This document shows, in pieces, positions 8,101 to 16,148 of a stretch of DNA of 18,486 nt. Location: contig JBBQPO010000110.1 of the NCBI GenBank assembly GCA_038217285.1, positions 1-18,486 on the forward strand, written 5' to 3'. This DNA is from Chthonomonadales bacterium (lineage in GTDB: Bacteria > Armatimonadota > Chthonomonadetes > Chthonomonadales > Chthonomonadaceae). Both the position numbers and the translations under genes were made by a program. The notes below the pieces were generated by a model. That model searched no databases, was not told where the DNA came from, and worked only from the letters and a program-made list of their open reading frames with translations. Within the stretch, counting starts at the first letter, position 1; each line of letters starts with the position of its first letter.

Positions 8101-10363
8101 GATCGCGCAGTCGAAAATAGACCTGAAAAACCGCGACTGGGAGCGTTTCGACGCCGACTCCCGCGCCGCCTGGGGCTACGAGAGCCGTGCCTACCCTGAT
8201 GTCCAGCAGACCGCGACCGATGTCGTGCAGGGCGTCCTCTTCTATCTGGCCCTGCTGCTGCCTTTCGCCTACTTCATGGAGCGGCTGCTGTTTGGCTTCT
8301 TCGACCTCAAGCGCCAGTTGGGCGCTGCCGCGCTGATCTTCCTGGTAATCTTCATGATGTTCCGCGCCGTACACCCGGCCTTCGACATCACCATGAACCC
8401 GATCATCGTGCTGCTGGCGTTCATCATGCTCGCGCTCTCCGTCATCGTCATCGGCCTCATCTCCGGCAAGTTCGAAGAGCAGTTGAAGCAGATGAACCAG
8501 AGCGCCGGCGGCATCCATCGCGCCGACATCGGGCGCGTCTCGGTCGCCCTCGCCGCGTTCAATCTCGGCATCTCCAACATGCGGCGACGCAAAGCCCGCA
8601 CCTTCCTCACCTGCGTCACGCTCGTTCTACTCACCTTCACCGTGCTGTCGTTCACCTCGGTCGTGCAGACCATCCGGTTCAATCAGGTGCCCGCCCCGAG
8701 CGACCACGGCCCGCGCTACAACGGCATCATGATCCGCACCGCCATGTGGGACCCGCTGCAGGAGCCGGCCTACCGTCTGCTGGCGGACGAGTACGGACGC
8801 GAGTACTCCGTCGCCCCCCGCGCCTGGTTCTACGGCACGCAGATGGGCGAGCAGTCGTTCCTGACCCTGCGCCGCGCCGACAAGTCCTACGATGCCAAGG
8901 CGATGGTCGGCCTCACACCGGCGGAGGCGAAGATCACGCATCTCCAGGAGGCGCTGCTGCCCGGTGGGCGCTGGTTCGAGCCAGGGGATGTCTATACGAC
9001 GATCCTGCCCGACTCCGTGGCCGCCGCCCTGCGCGTAGACGACGCCGATGTCGGCAAGGCCAAAGTGACCTATAGCGGCGTCGAGTACACCGTCATCGGG
9101 ATCCTCGACTCGCAGAAGCTCAAAGACATCGCCGACCTCGACAACGAGCCGCTGACCCCCGTCGACTTCATCGCCATGAACAAGATGTCGAAAGGCGCGA
9201 GCGGCGGCGGCGACCAGGGCTTCAAAGAGTACACCCACCTGGAGCCGGACTCGGTCTTCTTCATTCCCTACCAGACCGCGACCAACATGGGCGCGCAGTT
9301 GCGCTCCATCGGCATCGACTTCGCCCAGAAGGCCGAAGTGCTGAAACGCCTCAATCCGTTGATGCACCGTCTTGGTCTCAACCTCTATGCCGGACAGATC
9401 ACGCATCCCGAAATCGACGGCCCCAAGCGCGGCACCATCGAGCGCTACTCCTCGATCGCCGCTACCAGCGGACGCGGCCTGGAACTGGTCTTTTTCCCCA
9501 TTCTGATCGCCTCGCTCATCGTGCTCAACACGATGCTCGGCTCCGTCTACGAACGCATCAACGAGATCCACATCTTCTCCTCTATCGGTCTGGCCCCAGC
9601 GCATATTGGCATGCTCTTCATGGCGGAGGCGATGGTCTATGCGATCCTGGGCTCGGTGGCGGGCTACTTGCTCGGACAGTTCACCAGCAAACTGCTGGTG
9701 CTGACGCACTGGCTGCCGGATCTCTATCTGAACTTCTCCAGCGTCAGCGCGGTCATGACCACCCTGATCGTTGTTGCGGTCGTGCTGCTCTCGACGGTCT
9801 TCCCCGCTCGCAAAGCGTCGGAAGTCGCCACCCCCTCCGTAGACCGCACCTGGAAGATCGCCGATCCGCAGGGCGACCACTGGATCATCCCGCTGCCCTT
9901 CGCCGTCACGGGTGAGCAGGCGGCCGGTCTGAACGGCTTCCTGAGCGAATGGTTCCAGGCCTACGAGGAGTACAGCATCGGCGACTTCGTGACGCAGGGC
10001 GTGACCTCGGAGGAGTTCGAACACGCGAATGGCAACGCCTATCGCGTGAAATGTATGACCTGGCTCGCGCCCTTCGACCTGGGTGTCTCCCAGCGCGTCG
10101 CCATCGAGACGACGCCGACCGACACGCAGGACGTGTTCGAGATCCGCCTGCATATCGACCGTGAGTCCGGCGACATCTCCAACTGGAAGCGGGTCAACCG
10201 CCGCTTCCTCAACACGCTGCGCAAACAGTTCCTGATCTGGCGCACCCTCAAACAGTCCGAGCGCGAGCGCTATCTGCTCGCCGCCGAAACCGCCGCCATG
10301 CCAAAACAGGAGACCGAAGGCGCACCCGGCCTCGGAGGCGTAGAGCCCTCCCCCGCCGGATAG
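5177..10363 (+). CDS. Giant fusion: signal peptide + PA/degenerate M28 peptidase-like domain + extracytoplasmic region + type VII ABC (FtsX/MacB-like) permease
   Basis: Signal peptide ending VARA|AD; PA-like segment (APLIYV...DVDGAVVMV...LGAKAVIF); M28-like VVQSYYDS...APGAD...AAMLEMMRYF...PKRTMWFV; three-TM block at ~8230-8465; elbow helix plus TM1 (ISNMRRRKARTFLT); periplasmic core domain; FtsX motif SVYERINEIHIFSSIGL...MLFMAEA; PARKAS; soluble C-terminal tail. ATG 5177 with AAGGGAAG upstream is preferred over TTG 5045. Confidence 0.88.
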   Translation: MPCFGNSLSPRSVWSRGFASVLFALLLLGGVGRVARAADVTKEFQDKYREIYGAVDAARLQQTVQDLGKFKSRVAGYPDSDKAADYVKGQIQGILGPGSVQEDAYHITIPYDLGVDDPAKGAYVQVVPTPGGAAATSATLAAAPLRMYPLWPNLVRTPTLPANGLTAPLIYVRDGKLRNFNGKDVDGAVVMVDFNCAAEWMNAPRLGAKAVIFVAPTTTMRGEAEAKFISIPIAIPRFYMTKEDAAPLLAQCVSGRAPTVKLTCTMPWETKTGRNFMAKIEGSDPELKKQVIVVQSYYDSTSVVPALAPGADTTCGMAAMLEMMRYFKQPEHQPKRTMWFVATSAHFQALQGIREYVHAHMDEWTAPSLVESATAKENAGRVSVWLVGALVLFAVLLVVRLARKLAEGEKRFNGPTVFVTVSLFLMLLLNLGFFAQPRDKSAHEPPTIYLWAGLDLTSQTQSFGIFYKGWFFDYREDIQGRFSDIARVCRENAEKVGTTLGFNSKRYFNDGVNPVDGKNWRNFIPGKPAFDSEVVTVAGGNGITFASTDDSRSLVDTPFDTPDKVNIANLAQQVKLLDCLMWHIVTDTNAPGDVNAQRMPITDPSKWSRMALQGGFATVQGRVQMFNPRKSFIANSDPALSDTLVVVRNRNKSFMGVRGNMVQRTEWTTPERMHELTFNADGSLRKNLEGEALANSGPPIPASNFFAFHGIAPLTAYGNNKATLLAAYHLDYRDERTDPKDPTGKTKIPNPLRGEIDYAPDLGSTGAKYVPLDVMVTTAVKETPVIVFRCVPTAIYDLVDQQSLRALTGIDIYDGESNGEPRMYGYAIDPQDPSLVGSYVEDVAVLFSQPGSRLKIAMNSGPGATRLLLINSQYDASDPFNLKNLSPEPEGKGYLVAGSTKDAQNADLLGDLTDKATDDTGEIAKSGAIYDTALHVAEDMHRLDDFRMRRLAKYRILDMDSDEGVPGLHKLAAGAIAQSKIDLKNRDWERFDADSRAAWGYESRAYPDVQQTATDVVQGVLFYLALLLPFAYFMERLLFGFFDLKRQLGAAALIFLVIFMMFRAVHPAFDITMNPIIVLLAFIMLALSVIVIGLISGKFEEQLKQMNQSAGGIHRADIGRVSVALAAFNLGISNMRRRKARTFLTCVTLVLLTFTVLSFTSVVQTIRFNQVPAPSDHGPRYNGIMIRTAMWDPLQEPAYRLLADEYGREYSVAPRAWFYGTQMGEQSFLTLRRADKSYDAKAMVGLTPAEAKITHLQEALLPGGRWFEPGDVYTTILPDSVAAALRVDDADVGKAKVTYSGVEYTVIGILDSQKLKDIADLDNEPLTPVDFIAMNKMSKGASGGGDQGFKEYTHLEPDSVFFIPYQTATNMGAQLRSIGIDFAQKAEVLKRLNPLMHRLGLNLYAGQITHPEIDGPKRGTIERYSSIAATSGRGLELVFFPILIASLIVLNTMLGSVYERINEIHIFSSIGLAPAHIGMLFMAEAMVYAILGSVAGYLLGQFTSKLLVLTHWLPDLYLNFSSVSAVMTTLIVVAVVLLSTVFPARKASEVATPSVDRTWKIADPQGDHWIIPLPFAVTGEQAAGLNGFLSEWFQAYEEYSIGDFVTQGVTSEEFEHANGNAYRVKCMTWLAPFDLGVSQRVAIETTPTDTQDVFEIRLHIDRESGDISNWKRVNRRFLNTLRKQFLIWRTLKQSERERYLLAAETAAMPKQETEGAPGLGGVEPSPAG

Positions 10364-10410
10364 TCAGGGAGCGATTGAGAACGGGATTTCAGTCCCGAAA
10401 GAGGGGGTAG

Positions 10411-11574
10411 ATGGGCCGACCACGGACGCTGTTGATTCTGTTCTGTCTGGGTGTGGTGACTGCCGGTTCGGCGCGGGCCGATAAGGCAGGCGAAGCTCTG
10501 CTCGACCGGTGCATCCAGGCCGAGACGAAAGCGGCGCTGCTCCAGGCCGACTACTCCTCGGAGATCGTGCGCGGCCGGCAGACGGTCAAGGTTAAAGGGC
10601 ATTTCGTGCTCAAGAAGCCGAACTTCGCGCATATCGTCTACTCGGGCTCAGGCGGTGAGAAGGACGAGACGGTTCACTCGGATGGCCGCAAACTGCTGCA
10701 CTACATGGCGTCGGAGAAACAGTATACGCGTGAGACGCCCGATATGAGTGGCGGTAACGTGGTGCGCATGGCGAGCAGCCTGGAAGCCATGGTCTTTTTC
10801 AATCCGGATCTGCTCAACCAGTTCCGTGGGCTGGGATCGGGGCTCAAGATCGTCGGGACGGTGAAGATCGGCGGGACTGCCTGTCAGGCGCTGCAGGCGA
10901 CGGTGCGCGACGGCAATATCTACAAAGTCTATATCGGCCCCGATAACCTGCTGCATGGGATCTCGCAGATCATGGGCAAGGGCGATACGCGGCAGGTGCT
11001 GGAGAGCCGTCTGACGGGCGTGGGGATGGATGCGGGCAGCGCGGCCAAGCCCCTGGCCTGGACCCCTCCCGCCAAAGCGAAGCTCGTCGAGCAGATCACC
11101 CTGCAAGCCTCCTCCGGGGGCAGTGGGGCCAGCCCGGCGGCAGAACTGCTGGCGGTCGGCGCCGTCGCTCCCGCTTTCGATCTGGCGATGGTCACCGGCG
11201 AAAAGATGGCGCTCGCGACCCTGACGAAGCCGACGAAGGTCGTGCTGGTCAACTTCTGGGACTATGGCTGAGGCTTCTGCCGTGAGGAGTTGCCTCACCT
11301 GAATAAGATGCTGGCGGAGTTCAAAGGCAAAGGGTTCGACATCGTGACGGTGGACATCGGCGACAGCGCCGCCACCATTCAAAAGTTCTGGCAGGAAAAA
11401 GGGCTGCGCCTCCGCGCCCTGATGGACACCGACGGCAAAGTCGCGGAGAAGTACAAAGTTTCCGGCGTACCCTGCAACTATCTGATCGGAAACGACGGCA
11501 AAATCATCGCCCGCTTCGAGGGCTTCGATGAGGCGGGTATCCGGCAGGCGTTGGCGAAAGCAGGCATTCAGTGA
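10411..11574 (+). CDS. Exported LolA-like/TlpA-type redoxin fusion, predicted selenoprotein (UGA at 11269-11271 read as Sec; 387 aa)
   Basis: ORFs 10411..11271 and 11290..11574 are in the same frame. Read-through gives KVVLVNFWDYG-U-GFC-REELPHL, a thioredoxin U-x-x-C, and later the cis-Pro motif GVPCNYLI. N-terminal AxA signal peptide and LolA-like motifs (GHFVLKKPN, VHSDGRKLLHY...KQYT, WTPPAKAK). GAGGGGGT RBS. Confidence 0.88.
11269..11303 (+). promoter_or_regulatory. Bacterial SECIS-like hairpin
   Basis: After the UGA, GTGAGG (11282-11287) / loop AGTTG / CCTCAC (11293-11298) forms a perfect 6-bp stem. There are 16 nt between UGA and loop, the loop has G at position 2 followed by U, and a lower TTC/GAA pairing is possible. 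Confidence 0.7.
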
Positions 11575-11598
11575 ACAAGAGAAGGGGGACTCCGTAGC

Positions 11599-13647
11599 GT
11601 GGCGGAAGAAAATGAGATAGCCCAAATACGGCAGCAGGTCGAGACCGAATCCAGGGAAGAGGGCGCAGAGACTTCTGAGCCCCAGTTCGAAGAGGGATTC
11701 AGCAGTAAGACCGTCATCGGCGCCCTGTTCGTCGGGTTCATTATGCTGCCGGGCGCACTCTACCTGGGCCTCGTGGCGGGTCAGGGACTCGGCCCGGCGG
11801 CGGAGTGGGTCACCATCGTCCTGTTCTCCGAGATCATGCGGCGTTCGTTCCTGCCCATGAAGCGCCAGGAGATCTACATCCTCTACTATGTCGCGGCCGC
11901 TCTTACCGGACTGGCGGCGGACAAAGGGATCTCCGGAGGACCGTTCGGTGGCCTGATCTGGAACCAGTACTTCATCCAGTCTCCCCAGGCGGCGATCGTC
12001 GCGCGGGAGATACCGCACTGGGTCGTGCCACCTGCCGGCTCGGCGGCGCTTCAGCACCGTACCTTCTTCGATGCGGCCTGGGCGGTGCCAATCCTACTGC
12101 TGGTCGTTGGGGAGGTGCTGGGCCGTCTGAACTGGATGAGCGCCGGCTATTTCCTGTTCCGCGTTACGTCGGACATCGAACAGTTGCCGTTCCCCATGGC
12201 CCCCGTAGCCGCGTCCGGCGCGACCGCGCTGGCGGAAGCGGCGAGCAAAGAGGAGTCGTGGCGGTGGCGGGTCTTCTCCATCGGCAGCGTCATCGGCATG
12301 ATCTTTGGCTTCTTCTATATCGCGATCCCGGTCTTTACCGGCGTCGTGTTCGGCAAAGCCTTTACGCTGATACCCATTCCCTTCTTCGACACCACCACGA
12401 ACACGGAGACGATCCTGCCAGCCGCGTTGACCGGAATCTCCGGAGACCTCACGAAGGTGCTGACCGGATTCATCATCCCGTATCATATCGTGCTGGGTTC
12501 GCTGATCGGGTCGCTGGTCTGTCGTGTCGGCCTCGCGCCCATCCTCTACCATTTCGGCGCCTTCGGCAACTCGGAGAGCAACGGCTGGACACGGGGCATG
12601 GACGCCATCTTTACCAACCAGGCCATCAACATCAAGTTCTGGACCTCGGTCTCCATCGGCTTTCAACTGGCGATCGCCATCATCGGATTCTACAGCGTCT
12701 TCCGTTCGCTGTCCGCCTTACGGTCGCAGATGAAGAACCGGGGTCTGCAGGCCCGCATCCCCAAAGGACGCGGCGACCTGCCCCTCTGGATTCCGCTCTG
12801 CATCTGGCTCGGTGTCACAATCTTCTATATCGGCCTGACAAAGTACCTTCTGAACTACGATGGCGAACGCTTGCATCAGAACCACGCCTTCCCAATCTGG
12901 ATCCTGGTCTTCTATGGCCTTATCTGGTCTCCCATCAACTCCTATGTCTCCGCGCGTATGATCGGTATCACGGGCTCGGGGGTCTCCTTCCCATTCATGA
13001 AGGAGGTCTCGATCATGAAGTCGGGCTACCAGTACGCCGACATCTGGTATGCGCCGATTCCGCTCAACGACTACGGGGGGTTCGCGCAGAAGTTCCGCGA
13101 GGTCGAGTTGACCGGCACGAAGTTCACCAGTGTGGTCAAGGTCGAAGCGTTGATGCTGGTCCTGATCCTGCCCGCGAGCTTCGTCTTCTGGGCCTTCTTC
13201 TGGCACACCAGTCAGATACCGTCGTCGCAGCATCCCTACGCGCAGCACTTCTGGCCGATCCATGCGACCTTCCAGGCGATGTTCAACACCATCAACAAGC
13301 AGTCGGGCGGCATCGCCTGGGTCAAAGAGGCTATCGACTTCAAGCGGATCGTCGGCGGTGTGATCGTTGGGTTAGGCCTCTACGGCGTGTTCGGGCTGTT
13401 CAAGATCCCGATACTCGTCTTCTACGGCTTCATAGGGGGATCGGGCGCCTTCCCACACGATGTCATTCCGACCTTTATCGGGGCGGTGCTGGGCCGTCGC
13501 TACTTCGCCAAGCGGTTCGGACTGGAGAACTGGCGTATGTACACGCCGGTACTGCTGGCCGGGTTCTCATGCGGCACGGGCCTCGTCGCCATGGCCTCGA
13601 TCGCCCTCGCCCTGATCGCCAAATCGGTCAACTATCTGCCGTTCTAA
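11599..13647 (+). CDS. OPT-superfamily (oligopeptide/YSL-like) multi-pass transporter
   Basis: 682 aa with many hydrophobic helices; OPT-like N-terminus (KTVIGALFVG...ALYLGLVAG...), internal EQLPFPMAPVAA..ATAL motif, C-terminal LLAGFSCGTGL. GTG start with GAAGGGGG RBS. Confidence 0.75.
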   Translation: MAEENEIAQIRQQVETESREEGAETSEPQFEEGFSSKTVIGALFVGFIMLPGALYLGLVAGQGLGPAAEWVTIVLFSEIMRRSFLPMKRQEIYILYYVAAALTGLAADKGISGGPFGGLIWNQYFIQSPQAAIVAREIPHWVVPPAGSAALQHRTFFDAAWAVPILLLVVGEVLGRLNWMSAGYFLFRVTSDIEQLPFPMAPVAASGATALAEAASKEESWRWRVFSIGSVIGMIFGFFYIAIPVFTGVVFGKAFTLIPIPFFDTTTNTETILPAALTGISGDLTKVLTGFIIPYHIVLGSLIGSLVCRVGLAPILYHFGAFGNSESNGWTRGMDAIFTNQAINIKFWTSVSIGFQLAIAIIGFYSVFRSLSALRSQMKNRGLQARIPKGRGDLPLWIPLCIWLGVTIFYIGLTKYLLNYDGERLHQNHAFPIWILVFYGLIWSPINSYVSARMIGITGSGVSFPFMKEVSIMKSGYQYADIWYAPIPLNDYGGFAQKFREVELTGTKFTSVVKVEALMLVLILPASFVFWAFFWHTSQIPSSQHPYAQHFWPIHATFQAMFNTINKQSGGIAWVKEAIDFKRIVGGVIVGLGLYGVFGLFKIPILVFYGFIGGSGAFPHDVIPTFIGAVLGRRYFAKRFGLENWRMYTPVLLAGFSCGTGLVAMASIALALIAKSVNYLPF

Positions 13648-13682
13648 CCTGACCCCCATCCCCTTCCCGACACGGGAAGGGG
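13648..13682. repeat. REP-like intergenic palindromic element
   Basis: CCTGACCCCCAT followed by CCCCTTCCCG-ACA-CGGGAAGGGG (10-bp perfect stem), resembling the widespread CCTcACCCC...CCCTcTCCC..GGGAgAGGG bacterial repeat type; starts immediately after the stop codon. Confidence 0.7.
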
Positions 13683-13736
13683 CGCCCGAACCAGGAACGA
13701 CCTCGTGGTGTCTGAGTTTGGGTTTGGACACTTATC

Positions 13737-14558
13737 ATGCAAGTTGATGCTGTTCTAAATATCGTGCGCGGGGTCTGCATAGGGCTGTGTGTGCTGGCGT
13801 TCGCGGCAGGCGCGGCAGTCGGCTTTCGAACCAAGGATACCGGTCGCAGCGGCCGAAATCTGGTGGTGGCGGTCGGGTTGATCGCGCTTTTGCTCATCGG
13901 AGGAACGTATCCGCTGGCGACCGTGGTAGGCCCGATCATCGTTATGCTGGCGGGCTATCTGAGTTGCGCCCTGGGGGCGGCATTGCTCGGCGGCTACGGC
14001 GCGGGGCGCAAACGCAGCAAGGGGATTCCGAAGGGAGTCGCGCTCTATCTGGTCGTGACGGGCCTGGTGACGGCGCTTGCGCTGGCCAGGATGTTCGGGC
14101 TGCTCAATCCGCTCGTTGCGATCGACAAGCAGTTCCATACGGAAAAGTACGCTGCGAAAACGGATAAGAACTGCGCGGAGAACCTGCAGAGCCTCTACTT
14201 CGCTTTCGGGAAGTATGTCGAGTACAACGACGGCCTGCCGCCGGCGGAGAGTTGGCAGGACCAGGACGACCTCAAGGCCGCCATTCAGAAAGACGAGTGG
14301 CTGCACTGTCCGGCGGTCTCGAACCGGCACGACAATCAGTTCGGTTATGCGTACAATGTCGCGCTGTCGGGACGCAAGCTCCAGGGCAAAAAGCTGAACA
14401 AGATGCCGGACGCGGCTACAACGCCGCTGCTCTACGACTCGACGAATCTGGCGAAGAACGCGCACGACAGCCAGACCAGCCTGCCGAAGCCGGGACGACA
14501 CGGCGGCAAAAACAATATTCTATTCTGTGACGGTCATATCGAGAGTGTAGCTCCGTAG
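13737..14558 (+). CDS. Membrane protein with C-terminal DUF1559-like / H-X9-DG domain
   Basis: About four N-terminal hydrophobic helices; then KNCAENLQSLYFAFGKYVEYNDGLPP, LHCPA, YAYN and an exact H-GGKNNILFC-DGH (14499-14537). Confidence 0.82.
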   Translation: MQVDAVLNIVRGVCIGLCVLAFAAGAAVGFRTKDTGRSGRNLVVAVGLIALLLIGGTYPLATVVGPIIVMLAGYLSCALGAALLGGYGAGRKRSKGIPKGVALYLVVTGLVTALALARMFGLLNPLVAIDKQFHTEKYAAKTDKNCAENLQSLYFAFGKYVEYNDGLPPAESWQDQDDLKAAIQKDEWLHCPAVSNRHDNQFGYAYNVALSGRKLQGKKLNKMPDAATTPLLYDSTNLAKNAHDSQTSLPKPGRHGGKNNILFCDGHIESVAP

Positions 14559-14642
14559 TAACTCTCTATCGTCTCACAACGTGCGTTTGCAAAAGAGGGG
14601 GCGGGCACATTCGGCGTCTGCCTCGAAGAACGGTTTTATTTT

Positions 14643-15713
14643 ATGGCGGTTCACGTGGAAAAGCGCGGGGAGTTGGCGGACGTGGCGAGCGCGGAAGTGC
14701 TGCCGACAACGACGGTGGTGGGATGGCAGGGCGTTCGGTTCCAACTGCCGCCCGAATGGAACGTCAGCGCGTTCTCGATGGATCGGGACAACGGCTCGCT
14801 GCGCGTAGATGCGCCGGGCAGCAGCAGTCTGACGGTACAGATCCGGTGGATGAACGCGGCCAAGCCGCAGAGAGAGGGGCCGCCCACGGCGTACCACTAT
14901 CTCGCGCCGCTGTTTCGAAAATGGTTCCGACGGCCGGACCCGCCGGTGCCGAAGACCGACCTGAAAGCCAATATCGAGCGCAGTCTGAAAGAGACGGCGA
15001 AGCAGGCGAAGAAGAACAAGGCCAGCTTTGAGAGCACGATCCGCGCGGAGAAGACCGAAGGCAGGGACAATGAGCGCAGCTCGATCAACTTTTCGTGGAT
15101 AGACGCGGGACGCGGACAGGGCAAGATCTGGCAGTGTTCCGTCTGCAACCGGATCGTTATCGCGCAGGTGGTCGGGCTGGCGAAAGACCAGGCGGCGATT
15201 AGCGCCGTGGCGTCGCAGCTCTTCGCCACCCTGGAAGACCATCCGACCGACGGCTACGACCTGTGGGCGCTCTACGATCTGCAGATCGGCATTCCGGAAG
15301 ATTTTCGGCTGGAAGAGCAGAAGCTGCTCTCCGGCTATCTGCATCTGAGCTTCGCGCGCGGCGGCGAGAAGATCATCGTGGACCGGTGGGGGCTGGCGAA
15401 CGTGACGCGCAAGAAGTTCAGCCTGGCCGACTGGTTCGCCAACCACGCGTTCGTCCGGCTGAAACGCCTGACGAAAGACGAAGAGACGCTCTACGATCAT
15501 GAGGCCATCCACTATGTCGGCAGCCTCAGCTTCTTCGACCGTCTGCGCCTGCTGCGAGACGCCAAGACGTCGCTGCGCCGCTTCCCGACCCGCTACGAGG
15601 GGGGCTTATGGGAGTGCGTCGATTCGAACAAGCTCTACGCCGTGCAGGTGCTGCACAGCCAGAAGACGGAAGGACTATGGGACGAGGTTACTGACCGATG
15701 CGTTTGCCACTGA
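14643..15713 (+). CDS. Hypothetical cytoplasmic protein with internal duplication and Cys/His motifs
   Basis: 356-aa ORF with GC3-rich codon pattern inside the operon; no signal peptide or TM; two similar halves (WQGVRFQLPPEW...WQCSVCNR...LEDH and LYDLQIGIPEDF...WECVDSNK...CVCH). Confidence 0.78.
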   Translation: MAVHVEKRGELADVASAEVLPTTTVVGWQGVRFQLPPEWNVSAFSMDRDNGSLRVDAPGSSSLTVQIRWMNAAKPQREGPPTAYHYLAPLFRKWFRRPDPPVPKTDLKANIERSLKETAKQAKKNKASFESTIRAEKTEGRDNERSSINFSWIDAGRGQGKIWQCSVCNRIVIAQVVGLAKDQAAISAVASQLFATLEDHPTDGYDLWALYDLQIGIPEDFRLEEQKLLSGYLHLSFARGGEKIIVDRWGLANVTRKKFSLADWFANHAFVRLKRLTKDEETLYDHEAIHYVGSLSFFDRLRLLRDAKTSLRRFPTRYEGGLWECVDSNKLYAVQVLHSQKTEGLWDEVTDRCVCH

Positions 15714-16135
15714 AGATGCGCCTCTACTACGGAATCGGACGCTATCTGCCATTTCTGAAGATTCGTCCGCCGGATGTCGATAGGCAGGCGACGCTGACGC
15801 TCCGGCCCGGCCGGAACGCTCTGCTGACCTGGGAGAAGCGCGAGACGGGCGGTACACTGCTGACGGTGCCGCAGAACGCCAAAGCGGGCCGAATCACCAA
15901 AACGATGGCGAAATGGCTGCGCGCTCCCACCGAGCGCCAGGTCGAACTGGACGAGGTGGGCGCCTATGTGTGGGAACTGTGCGATGGCAGTCATACCGTC
16001 GAGACAATCGTCCAGAAGACGGGCAGACAGTATAAGATGAACCGACGCGAGGCAGAAGTCTCCGTCACGATGTTTCTGCAGATGCTGCACGAGCGTAATT
16101 TCATAGGCTTCTATAAAAAAGTCAAAAAGAGTTGA
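15698..16135 (+). CDS. PqqD-family / RiPP recognition element (RRE) protein
   Basis: ELDEVGAYVWELCDGSHTVETIV...Y...EAEVSVTMFLQMLHERNFI fits the PqqD pattern; GAGGT RBS; overlaps the upstream gene by 16 nt. Confidence 0.85.
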   Translation: MRLPLKMRLYYGIGRYLPFLKIRPPDVDRQATLTLRPGRNALLTWEKRETGGTLLTVPQNAKAGRITKTMAKWLRAPTERQVELDEVGAYVWELCDGSHTVETIVQKTGRQYKMNRREAEVSVTMFLQMLHERNFIGFYKKVKKS

Positions 16136-16148
16136 GGGAAAATAACCT

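Noticed and set aside
11290-11574. Independent 94-aa gene, or a nonsense pseudogene
   Set aside because: It is half a thioredoxin fold lacking the active site. The UGA position and hairpin favour Sec read-through, although GAGGAG directly before the TTG was noted (too close to act as an RBS).
11805-13652. 615-aa same-strand alternative-frame ORF over the OPT gene
   Set aside because: Arg/Pro/Gly-rich, no motifs; a typical stop-poor shadow frame of GC-rich coding DNA.
15711-15713. Second selenocysteine at the TGA after CVCH
   Set aside because: The frame closes again 15 codons later, overlaps the PqqD gene, and the His end mirrors the end of repeat 1.
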